Source: Candidatus Poribacteria bacterium
GTDB taxonomy: Bacteria; Poribacteria; WGA-4E; WGA-3G
Assembly: GCA_965208245.1 (NCBI GenBank)
Contig: OZ242325.1
Span: 2,581,878-2,645,877, forward strand
Reading direction: 5' to 3'
Length of the DNA: 64,000 nt
The position numbers and the translations under genes were made by a program. The notes under the pieces are model-generated. The model was not told the origin of the DNA. It was given only the letters and a program-made list of their open reading frames with translations, and did no database searches. Shown here piece after piece: positions 18,054-26,555 of the stretch. Position 1 is the first letter of the stretch. Every line of letters begins with the position of its first letter.

Positions 18054-18886
18054 ACAGATAATTTGTATGCTTCTTTAGCATTCTTCCAGAAATATTTCTC
18101 TTTTGCTTCATCGCCTTTTGCACTGAAGTAGTCGTTCACGATCTTTTGGACGACTCGGTATTCTGTGAAACGTTCAGACACAGGCCAATTGCTTCCATAG
18201 ATAAGCCTGTCTGCACCGAACGCTTTCCATAGAACATCAATCGTCGGTCTGTAGAAGGTTACATCGTCTGGAGCAGGTTTCTGTCCTGTATGCTCTGCTA
18301 AACCGGAAACCTTACAATAGACATTAGGATAACGTGCAACCTCTTGAATTGCTGTCACCCAGTCTGAATCTGGAGCATTACCGTCAACCCGTACACCCGC
18401 AATGTGGTTAATAACAACTTGCATTGTTGGTGTATGTTCAACTAAGGCAGGAACCTGTTTCAACGCGTCAGGGTTAATCAGAAGGTCTAAAGTCAGTTCT
18501 TTTTGAGCCAGTTTCTCAATATTCTTTATGAAGCCTGTATCACCGAGCGAATTTAGATGACCACTCCCGATACGGATACCTCGGAATAAGAGGTTTGCAG
18601 AGAACCGATTAAGATTCTTTTCAAAGTCAGCATCATTCGGGTTGATATTCCCAACAAATCCGACAATGAAGTCTTCTTTTGCAGCAAGATCAAGTATCCA
18701 TTGGTTATCCTCTATCCAGCGACTTGCTTCAACAACGACAGTCCCTGTTACACCTTCAGGAACAGCAAGTTTCTTGTAGTCTTCTGGCATCACCTTTCGG
18801 TATAGAAGATCATCATCTGGATTCGGCCACGGTACACCTTCGGGACGAGTAGGGTCATAGAAATGCGTATGTGTATCAATAATCAT
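18050..18886 (-). CDS. Amidohydrolase-2 family metal-dependent TIM-barrel hydrolase
   Basis: MIIDTHTHFYDP... HxH start and the PF04909-like layout. Confidence 0.7.
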   Translation of the reverse strand: MIIDTHTHFYDPTRPEGVPWPNPDDDLLYRKVMPEDYKKLAVPEGVTGTVVVEASRWIEDNQWILDLAAKEDFIVGFVGNINPNDADFEKNLNRFSANLLFRGIRIGSGHLNSLGDTGFIKNIEKLAQKELTLDLLINPDALKQVPALVEHTPTMQVVINHIAGVRVDGNAPDSDWVTAIQEVARYPNVYCKVSGLAEHTGQKPAPDDVTFYRPTIDVLWKAFGADRLIYGSNWPVSERFTEYRVVQKIVNDYFSAKGDEAKEKYFWKNAKEAYKLSV

Positions 18887-18973
18887 AAAAAAACTACTCC
18901 TTATTACTTATGCCTGATTAATTTTTGGATGGCAATGTTATACCATTTCTAATTGGCAATACATCATTCTTCT

Positions 18974-19066
18974 GTAGGTCGGGTAGAGGCACAAAACCCG
19001 ACACGTCTTGATTAGGCATATCATGTCGCCAGTTAATATTTTAATGGCGTTCCTCTACCCGACCTA
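18974..19066. mobile_element. MITE-like palindromic element, full copy
   Basis: Terminal inverted repeats gtaggtcgggtagag.../...ctctacccgacctac and the internal core cgccagttaatattttaatg. Confidence 0.85.
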
Positions 19067-19094
19067 CGAAATAATGAGATAAGGACAAATAAAA

Positions 19095-19922
19095 TTGGTA
19101 TTACGAATATTCTGTATTTTAATCCTCATAATACCGCAGTTCACGCTAAGCGGGTGTCCTTCCCCCGATGAAGCAGAAATCAAACGTAGAGAACTTCGAC
19201 GCGAAGCAATGAAACTTGAAATGGGACAAGCACTAAACCCAATTGATCCCCAAGGACATATTGAGTTAGGTAAGGCATATCACCAACTGGGTGAATTAGA
19301 AAAAGCAACACAATCTTTCCAAACAGCAATTTCACTTGACGACAGACACCCACATGCCTATAACAATCTCGGTTTAGTTTACATTGACCAGCGATTATTT
19401 CTCCTTGCTATAGAGATGTTCATGGCTGCCCTTGAAATAGATCCTCAAAATCCTGCATTCTACAATAATCTCGGCTTTGCCTATGATCTTTCGGATAGAT
19501 TTCCAGAGGCATTAACTGCATTCCAAAAGGCAATTGAAATCGATCCAGAGTTCGTAGACACGTATTACAATCTCGCCGATGCCTATCTCAACCAAGAACG
19601 CTATAATGATGCAATTAAACACTATCAAATAGGTATAGAACTTGATGGTGGTGATGCTACCGTCTATTTTAATTTAGGACTCGCGTATGAGAAAACAGCA
19701 GATAATCACGCTGCTATAATCACCTATGAGAAAGGGGTATCTCTGGACCCAGATGAAATAGAAGCGTATTATCGACTTGCATCTGCTTATGTGAAAAAAA
19801 AGGATTACGTCATGATGAACCGTTATTTAGAGACTTTTCTAAAACGTGCTAAAGGTGTCCCGCGCCTTGAACAACAATATCTTGATGCGATAAGGATGAA
19901 ACAACAGTATGATGATATGTGA
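19095..19922 (+). CDS. TPR-repeat lipoprotein
   Basis: Signal peptide with lipobox LSGC followed by about 6 TPR repeats. Confidence 0.6.
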   Translation: MVLRIFCILILIIPQFTLSGCPSPDEAEIKRRELRREAMKLEMGQALNPIDPQGHIELGKAYHQLGELEKATQSFQTAISLDDRHPHAYNNLGLVYIDQRLFLLAIEMFMAALEIDPQNPAFYNNLGFAYDLSDRFPEALTAFQKAIEIDPEFVDTYYNLADAYLNQERYNDAIKHYQIGIELDGGDATVYFNLGLAYEKTADNHAAIITYEKGVSLDPDEIEAYYRLASAYVKKKDYVMMNRYLETFLKRAKGVPRLEQQYLDAIRMKQQYDDM

Positions 19923-19939
19923 ATTCTATTCTGTTTCCT

Positions 19940-20974
19940 TTACTTCCCCTCATCTTCTGCCTTAGTCTGATAACGGATTGTTAATTTTGGACGCAGGTTT
20001 TCGACTTGACTCTCTTTAGACGTAAAGACTATAGGTGCAATACCATCCCGCAGTGCAAACAGATAACCGTAGTTGTAGTCAGGGTTTTTAACCCAGAAGC
20101 GAACCGCATCTGTAATTAAATCACTCTTAAATGTATACCGTTGACCTTGTTCTTTGATCTTAAATTCACCGTCTATTCTGTGTGCAACATCCTCAGAACC
20201 GTTGTAATCACTTTCTCTATCGCCATCTATCCCCCTGAGCATAGCTTGTGCTGGGGATTTGTTCCATGGTAAGTTGCGGTGAAGTGGACTGCTGTAAGTA
20301 AGTTCATTCTCTTGCGCCATATCTGATATCCCTCTACCTTCCTTCCAGGGAAGCAATACTCTACGTAGTATCACCGTTTGTTCAATTTCAGGATCAGTTT
20401 TCTCAACATTTAGACTGATTGACACATCTAATACCTGTTCAGGATCTCTGATACCCATGTCCTCAAATGCATCATATAGATCAAATGCAACGAAGAAAAC
20501 ACTACCTATAGGATTGCATAAGAGTGTTGCTTCAGCACCTGCGTTGTGATTACGGGTTTTCCGATCTTTGTGGACTTTTAAACTAGTATCTTGTAGTCCA
20601 CCAGAGAATCTAACTAATTCTCCATCTCCAAAGGTAATCTCATTTTCTGATGGTAGTCTAAAGTCTATCTTTGTTTGTGTATTCTGGAGCGTAAGACTGT
20701 AAGACTTCTCTATCTCAAGTTGTGAAGTCAATAGCATCACACGGTTCTGTCTACTATCCAATAATGCTAATTCTACCTCAATGTTTGGCGTTATACTATA
20801 GATTTCAATGTTTTCTACTTTTTCAACTTCAAGTGCTTTGTCAAACTGAAGTTGAATAGCAGTTTGTGATAACGGAAGAACTTTTAGCAGTTTTGGTGTT
20901 TCCTCTTCAGTTTGACTGTCAGAGACATTTAAAAAAAGTAATAAAATAATAAAAAGTGATAGGTAAGTTTTCAA
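19940..20974 (-). CDS. Secreted hypothetical protein
   Basis: N-terminal signal peptide (MKTYLSLFIILLLFLNVSDS); no recognised domain. Confidence 0.4.
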   Translation of the reverse strand: MKTYLSLFIILLLFLNVSDSQTEEETPKLLKVLPLSQTAIQLQFDKALEVEKVENIEIYSITPNIEVELALLDSRQNRVMLLTSQLEIEKSYSLTLQNTQTKIDFRLPSENEITFGDGELVRFSGGLQDTSLKVHKDRKTRNHNAGAEATLLCNPIGSVFFVAFDLYDAFEDMGIRDPEQVLDVSISLNVEKTDPEIEQTVILRRVLLPWKEGRGISDMAQENELTYSSPLHRNLPWNKSPAQAMLRGIDGDRESDYNGSEDVAHRIDGEFKIKEQGQRYTFKSDLITDAVRFWVKNPDYNYGYLFALRDGIAPIVFTSKESQVENLRPKLTIRYQTKAEDEGK

Positions 20975-21045
20975 TGTTCTCCTTCAATGTTCTAAGCAAT
21001 ATTAAATAATGAATTATCAATTTTCAGATTCTCCTGCAGACTCCG

Positions 21046-21075
21046 AACCCGTAGGGGCGGGGTCTGCCCGCCCGT
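21046..21075. repeat. REP-B hairpin copy
   Basis: cccgtaggggcggggtctgcccgcccg. Confidence 0.8.
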
Positions 21076-21156
21076 CATCAATCTGCCAGATTGTGCTGTT
21101 CTCCGTTTTATTTCTAAGAGGCAGTAATGATGGAAGATCTAATAGAAATGGTATAA

Positions 21157-22383
21157 CTATTCCGTGTCCATCGTAATAAAAACTGCATTTAGCACTTCTC
21201 GTTCCTTCTGTCCAGAGGGCTTATTCACAACTTGACCATTTACAACAAAAGTACTTGAGGATCCGCCATCAAGATTGATTGCTTCAGTTGCACCAAGTTC
21301 AATAAGGATACCAGCAAGCTCATAAAGCGTCAGGCCAGTACTGTATTTTGGTTGTCTGCCATCCGCAACAGCTAAATAGAGTGTGTCTTCATTGTATCCG
21401 AGTGCAGTTCGGGGTTCATGGCTTAAGTTTAAGAACTGATTCCGTTTACCAGGGACATGTTTATCCAGATTCTTAATATGTAAATCCACAAGTTCTTGAT
21501 TGATTTTCCCATTTTTGAGAAGACGTATACGTCCACCAATCGCATGACAGACATCATTCCACTCTGGCGGATCCAATGTGACATGGATAGTGCCGCTTGC
21601 ATTCTGTTTAAACGCTGATACTGCAGGTTCTTTTATCTGTGAACTTATCCACAGTACGAGCCCATCTTCCGGTATAACACTGTTGCCATTAGTTGAAACA
21701 GTGTCCACGTTGTACGTATGAATATAGAGTGGCGAAATCGGTAGTTTAAGTCCGCTGAGTCCTATCTCTTTTCCTCTGCGACGGTTAGTGCGTGTAGAAT
21801 CTCCAAAACGTGGGGTATAAAGTGTTATTTGACATCCATCAAGTCTTCGTTGGTTAATGCATCCAATTGCCAATGAATGGTCACCGATCTTTATGCTTGC
21901 TTTCATCTTAACAGGGGTACTGATGAATTCTCCAGATTCTGTAACACCGAAACATGCATCGTTATCAGTCGGTTGTGTGATGAGTTCTCCATCTTGTATG
22001 TAGATATTTTCCAAGACTCCACCATATCCCCGCATATCTCCCAGCACACCAAAACCGCCATTAACTGCAACAACAACTTTTCGGTCACCTTGTTGTGCCC
22101 TCCGTATTGCCATAGAACGCACTGTCTCTTTACCAAGCACTTCTGAATTCGCAAGAGATACCTCTAACTTTAATGTCGGTTCATCACGGGATAGTTCTGC
22201 AATATAGAGCACACAAGTTTCAAGGTCCCAATCATATCGATAGATATTTAAACCTTGTGATATACCTGAAAAGAGTTGTGTTTTCTTTCCAGCTGCATCT
22301 GCACTTTTCTCTATTGAAACGGCAGAAATGTGAAAAAATAGGATTAGAACAGTGCACAGTCGAAATCCAATTTGCATTATCAC
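21157..22383 (-). CDS. Phosphodiester glycosidase family protein (NAGPA-like), secreted
   Basis: Signal peptide plus the C-terminal ...ALGYNEDTLYLAVADGRQ...INLDGGSSSTF motif. Confidence 0.6.
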   Translation of the reverse strand: MIMQIGFRLCTVLILFFHISAVSIEKSADAAGKKTQLFSGISQGLNIYRYDWDLETCVLYIAELSRDEPTLKLEVSLANSEVLGKETVRSMAIRRAQQGDRKVVVAVNGGFGVLGDMRGYGGVLENIYIQDGELITQPTDNDACFGVTESGEFISTPVKMKASIKIGDHSLAIGCINQRRLDGCQITLYTPRFGDSTRTNRRRGKEIGLSGLKLPISPLYIHTYNVDTVSTNGNSVIPEDGLVLWISSQIKEPAVSAFKQNASGTIHVTLDPPEWNDVCHAIGGRIRLLKNGKINQELVDLHIKNLDKHVPGKRNQFLNLSHEPRTALGYNEDTLYLAVADGRQPKYSTGLTLYELAGILIELGATEAINLDGGSSSTFVVNGQVVNKPSGQKEREVLNAVFITMDTE

Positions 22384-22748
22384 TCCTTTTCTCTATAAAT
22401 CTCAACAGCAAAGTAGGTAATGGGATTATTAATTGGGGGTTTTAGTTTTTTGATGGTGAGTCGGATAACTTCTATATCAAATCTGTTCAATAACGCATCT
22501 GCCATCTTTTCTGCCAACGCTTCAATTAGTTTAAACTTCTGACTTGTGGCAATTTCAACAAGCATGTTTACAACACTTTCATAATCAATTGTATCTACGA
22601 GTGTATCGTATTTTCCTGCCTTCAATAGAGATAAATTCAACGTTACATCGACTTCATAGTGACCTCCAATTGTCCTCTCTTCTTCCGTAACACCGTGATG
22701 ACCATGAAATCTTATACCTTTTATGACTAAACTATCCATTTCTCTCAC
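22380..22748 (-). CDS. folB: Dihydroneopterin aldolase
   Basis: About 120-aa FolB fold (IKGIRFHGHHGV..EER..G). Confidence 0.8.
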   Translation of the reverse strand: MREMDSLVIKGIRFHGHHGVTEEERTIGGHYEVDVTLNLSLLKAGKYDTLVDTIDYESVVNMLVEIATSQKFKLIEALAEKMADALLNRFDIEVIRLTIKKLKPPINNPITYFAVEIYREKE

Positions 22749-22954
22749 CGATTTTTATTTCATTTCAACCACCTATATTTTAGCAGAAATTAGTGCAAAA
22801 ATCAATAGGGTGTGTAAAGTTCATTTGGGTGTGTAAATATTTTATCACCATAATCACCAATTTAAAGAAAATAAATCCAATCTATTAGTGTCCTCAGTCC
22901 CGTAGGGACGATATGTTTATAAGATTCTTTACACACCCCATTCAACATACCCAT

Positions 22955-22983
22955 TTGACACTACCACGCTATTGTGCTATACT
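22955..22983 (+). promoter_or_regulatory. Sigma70-type promoter of the moaD-moaE operon (TTGACA-17 nt-TATACT)
   Basis: Consensus -35 with a 17-nt spacer and a near-consensus -10, about 35 nt upstream of the moaD SD/ATG. Confidence 0.5.
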
Positions 22984-23016
22984 CTTAGATACTATGAATA
23001 TGCCAAATACTAATCC

Positions 23017-23286
23017 GTGAAGGAGCCCCCTATGAATGTTACTGTAAAATACTTTGCTGTATGTCATGAAATGTTAGATAGATCTGAGGAAGAGATGCAA
23101 CTTCCTGAAGGTGCTACTGTAAACACTATATTGAAAAAACTTGAGGAAGAATGGCCAGAGATTGCCGAGTTTTACGAAGTGATGCAGATGTCAGTTAACT
23201 GGGAATATGCTACAGAAGACACTGAATTGTCAGAAGGCGATGAGGTGGCGTTGATACCACCCGTCACAGGGGGTAAAAATGTTTAA
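23017..23286 (+). CDS. moaD: MoaD/ThiS-like sulfur-carrier protein with a 3-residue extension after the GG terminus
   Basis: Beta-grasp sulfur-carrier protein ending ...IPPVTGG-KNV; its stop overlaps the moaE start. Confidence 0.6.
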   Translation: MKEPPMNVTVKYFAVCHEMLDRSEEEMQLPEGATVNTILKKLEEEWPEIAEFYEVMQMSVNWEYATEDTELSEGDEVALIPPVTGGKNV

Positions 23287-23716
23287 AATCACATCTGACA
23301 TTATAACAGAAGCTCAGGTGCGTGAAGTTATAGAATCGCCTGAAGCAGGGGCAGTCGTCCTATTTCTTGGAACAGTACGGAACAATACTGATGGACAGCA
23401 AGTCAAACACCTCGAATATGATGCTTATACACCGATGGCAGAAAGAAAAATGGCAGAGATTGGACAAGAGATATTAGAAAAATGGGGAATCAAACACGTC
23501 GCAATAATTCACCGTGTTGGAAAACTAGAAATTGGTGAGGTTAGTGTCACAGTGGGTGTCGCCTCCCCTCACCGTAAAGATGGTTTCGAAGCATGTAAAT
23601 ATGCAATGGATCGCCTAAAACAGATTGTGCCAATCTGGAAACGTGAAGTCTGGTTAGATGGTGATGCTGAATGGGTTAAACCGGATGCCGTATATTTTAA
23701 CAGAATTCGTTCATAG
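23279..23716 (+). CDS. moaE: Molybdopterin synthase catalytic subunit
   Basis: MoaE family (GAVVLFLGTVRN..., HRVGKLEIGE...). Confidence 0.8.
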   Translation: MFKITSDIITEAQVREVIESPEAGAVVLFLGTVRNNTDGQQVKHLEYDAYTPMAERKMAEIGQEILEKWGIKHVAIIHRVGKLEIGEVSVTVGVASPHRKDGFEACKYAMDRLKQIVPIWKREVWLDGDAEWVKPDAVYFNRIRS

Positions 23717-24832
23717 ACAGAATCTATCTACGAACTGACTAAAGACATTTACACCCTTTCCAAACTGATCTATTGCCATCCATTCGTTGACGGTATGTGC
23801 TTGAAGGATACTCCCCGGTCCAATGATAACAGCCTCCATATACTTTGAGAACTCTGCTGCATCTGTACTGTAGGAAACAGTATCCGGCTCTGAATCACCC
23901 GTTATCTCAAGTGCTGCTTTTATTATCTCAGCATCCGGTTCTGTGTGAACAGGACCGGCATTGATAAATAGATCAAACGCTAAACCATACTTTTCAGCAA
24001 CTTCACGGGCACGGTCTATCCACTCCTCTGGATTGTCTCCAGGCATAGGTCGATAGTTAATATTGCAGACACTCTTGGGGGGCGTGATATTCGCCGTACA
24101 TTCTCCATCACTAATCGTAATATTCCAATCCGTATAGGGTGGTGTAAACTCAAAATTGTAATACTTAGTATCTGTCGTTAATTCCTGATGAATATCGCGC
24201 ATCTCAGATAGGAAAGGAATCATCTTTAGATTAGCATTGTCACCTTTATCTGTGCTACTATGCGCTGCGCGTCCGTAGGCAGTAACAGTAAATCGGACTG
24301 CTCCTTTGTGTGCGTAAACGGCTTTTAACTCTGTAGGTTCTCCAACAACACCGTATTGTGGAAATCCGTGTCTTTTGAACATTTCTGACTTCTTTACAAC
24401 TGCCGTTGCACCGAAATAACCAACTTCTTCATCCGCTGTGATCACAACATATAGTGGCGCGTCAAACTGAGAAGAAGAATATCGTGAGGCAACCTCAATC
24501 ATGCAGGCAACACTGCCTTTCATATCGCAACTGCCCCGTCCATACAACTTACCATCAACAATCCGAGCCTCAAAAGGGTTTGCCTCCCAACCAATTGCAG
24601 GGACAGTGTCAATGTGACCGAGGAGCGCAAGCCCACGTTGACCTGAATTCCCACCTTTCCTGCCGATAAGGTTAACTTTTAACGTACCAGCAGGATCCTT
24701 ATATTCAACTCGTTCTACTTCACAATCTATTGATTCCAGTACATTGGTAAGGTAATCCATTACCTCTACATTACTCTTAAGACTTACTGTATCATACCCT
24801 ATAAGGGTTTTTGTCAATTCTATTGCATCCAT
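23711..24832 (-). CDS. M20-family metallopeptidase (ArgE/DapE-like), second paralog
   Basis: GHIDTVP...GRGSCDMKG...ITADEEVG motifs. Confidence 0.75.
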   Translation of the reverse strand: MDAIELTKTLIGYDTVSLKSNVEVMDYLTNVLESIDCEVERVEYKDPAGTLKVNLIGRKGGNSGQRGLALLGHIDTVPAIGWEANPFEARIVDGKLYGRGSCDMKGSVACMIEVASRYSSSQFDAPLYVVITADEEVGYFGATAVVKKSEMFKRHGFPQYGVVGEPTELKAVYAHKGAVRFTVTAYGRAAHSSTDKGDNANLKMIPFLSEMRDIHQELTTDTKYYNFEFTPPYTDWNITISDGECTANITPPKSVCNINYRPMPGDNPEEWIDRAREVAEKYGLAFDLFINAGPVHTEPDAEIIKAALEITGDSEPDTVSYSTDAAEFSKYMEAVIIGPGSILQAHTVNEWMAIDQFGKGVNVFSQFVDRFCL

Positions 24833-24897
24833 AGTTTAAGTTTTCTTACATCAAATGTTGACAAATGTTGAAAGTCACCTTTCGTCTATAACACTAT

Positions 24898-25659
24898 TCA
24901 CAGAATTTTGAGAGTTGCCCACGTGATTGTCATGTTATTAAAATTATCTTTGACAGACAATCCTTTTGCCCTCATGTTCTGTTTAATTTCTTGTTCATTC
25001 AGAAGCCTATCATATACACGCACTTCGTCAATAATCCCGTTTAGATAATAACCTAACGTTTCACCTATTATCAAGGGTTGAGTCGAAGCAGCAACGGTCG
25101 TTTCTTCTGATACAACCAACTTACCATCTTGATAGAGAAAAGCTGTTTCACCATCGGTCGCCATCACCACATGAGACCACTCTGCTTCTATCAGTTCTCC
25201 ATCTTCATGAAAATCTACCCATTCCCATCCACCTTGAAACTGGTATTCGGAACTATACCGTAGGACATAACCCGATCCTATCCACCTCAGAGCCTTTATG
25301 AGAATACCTTGGTACTCATTGATCTGTGTAATATTGATCCAGAATTCAATAGAACCGGTGCTGTCTAAACGGAGTATATCTGTATCAGGGATTTCTATAT
25401 AATCGTCCACACCATCAAAATCTAATGCTTCTCCGAATTTACCCTTGGTTATTTTGGGGTCACCGTTGATTGTTCCATGATTACTTCCCCAAGTATCTTT
25501 AACGGTATTGGCTTGAATTGTCTCTTTATTTAGGGACCAATAACTAACTAATCCATCAGTAACGACTTGTGCGGTCAGCACATTTCCCGAAACAACTGTG
25601 AGTAGGAAAAACGATAGTATAGTTGCGTATTGTTTTATGTAAGGATATTTACTTTTCAT
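24898..25659 (-). CDS. Secreted LamG/concanavalin-A-like jelly-roll domain protein
   Basis: Signal peptide plus GEALDFDGVDDYIEIPD...SIEFWIN...DEVRVYDRLL, typical of LamG-like lectin folds. Confidence 0.55.
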   Translation of the reverse strand: MKSKYPYIKQYATILSFFLLTVVSGNVLTAQVVTDGLVSYWSLNKETIQANTVKDTWGSNHGTINGDPKITKGKFGEALDFDGVDDYIEIPDTDILRLDSTGSIEFWINITQINEYQGILIKALRWIGSGYVLRYSSEYQFQGGWEWVDFHEDGELIEAEWSHVVMATDGETAFLYQDGKLVVSEETTVAASTQPLIIGETLGYYLNGIIDEVRVYDRLLNEQEIKQNMRAKGLSVKDNFNNMTITWATLKIL

Positions 25660-25675
25660 CTAAATAGTTCTTGAT

Positions 25676-26518
25676 TCAGGAATTTTCATCTTCTCGGTTA
25701 TTGCGTTGTGTGTGAAGTCGCTCTATTTCAGCCTCCAACTCGCGTCTTCGCTGCGCTTCTGCTTCTGCCTGCGCTTCTGCTATCTGTCGCAGCCGTTGTT
25801 CCTGTTCCCGCAACTGCTGTTCCTGTTCCCGCAACTGCTGTTCCTGTTCCCGCAAGTCTGCTTCTTCCCGAGATGTTGTAATAGGTGTGCCATCAGGTAA
25901 ATAAGGACGCAATAATCGGACATGGTCAGTAAGGTCGTTCTCCCATTGAAACGATAGATTTAATGCCGTACTGAACAATGCCCCTTGTTCATCCGGTACT
26001 ATCTCGCTATAATTTCCCGATTTACCGCGCCGCCACCCATGAAATTCAACGTGTTTTTTCAATTCCGGTTGGTGGATAAAGTATTCTTGCACCCCGATTT
26101 CTTTCATATAGAGATCAACCTTGCTATTACGATCCTTATCCGCTGTTGAATCGGATAGGAACTCAAATACTGCTACTGGTATTGCACCTTCTGCCCAAGT
26201 ATAGAAACTTCTTCGCTGAGGAGACTTTGAAACACCAAACACTACAAATACATCTGGTGCAACAACCTTTCTAATGTCACCTTCTTCATAGTAGATGAAA
26301 CTGTCAATGCCGATGAAAATGTGTTTGTTGAGACGAAAATATCGTGAAAGTTGGTCGAAAAAGGTCGTAATTTGTATGCCGTGGAAACCAGTTGCTGCCA
26401 TAGGTTCATCGTCCTCACACGGATATCCTTCAATAAAAATAGTGGGTTTACCAATAGCTAACGGAAAATCCGGTATATACTTTTTCTGTTTGTAATAGTA
26501 TGCGTTTAGAGGATTCAT
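25676..26518 (-). CDS. Uma2-family (DUF820) putative endonuclease with a C-terminal EQEQQLR-repeat coiled-coil tail
   Basis: Uma2 core (...APDVFVVFG...PVAVFEFLSDSTADKDRNSKVDLYMKEIGVQEYFI) followed by a repetitive REQEQQLREQEQQLREQEQRLR tail encoded by a 21-bp tandem repeat. Confidence 0.65.
   Translation of the reverse strand: MNPLNAYYYKQKKYIPDFPLAIGKPTIFIEGYPCEDDEPMAATGFHGIQITTFFDQLSRYFRLNKHIFIGIDSFIYYEEGDIRKVVAPDVFVVFGVSKSPQRRSFYTWAEGAIPVAVFEFLSDSTADKDRNSKVDLYMKEIGVQEYFIHQPELKKHVEFHGWRRGKSGNYSEIVPDEQGALFSTALNLSFQWENDLTDHVRLLRPYLPDGTPITTSREEADLREQEQQLREQEQQLREQEQRLRQIAEAQAEAEAQRRRELEAEIERLHTQRNNREDENS
25797..25863. repeat. 21-bp tandem repeat, 3 copies (cctgttcccgcaactgctgtt), inside the coding sequence
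   Basis: Exact tandem copies encode the EQEQQLR heptad repeats of the Uma2-family protein. Confidence 0.85.
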
Positions 26519-26555
26519 GATTTCTCCATTCTGATAATTAAACTATAGAAACAGT

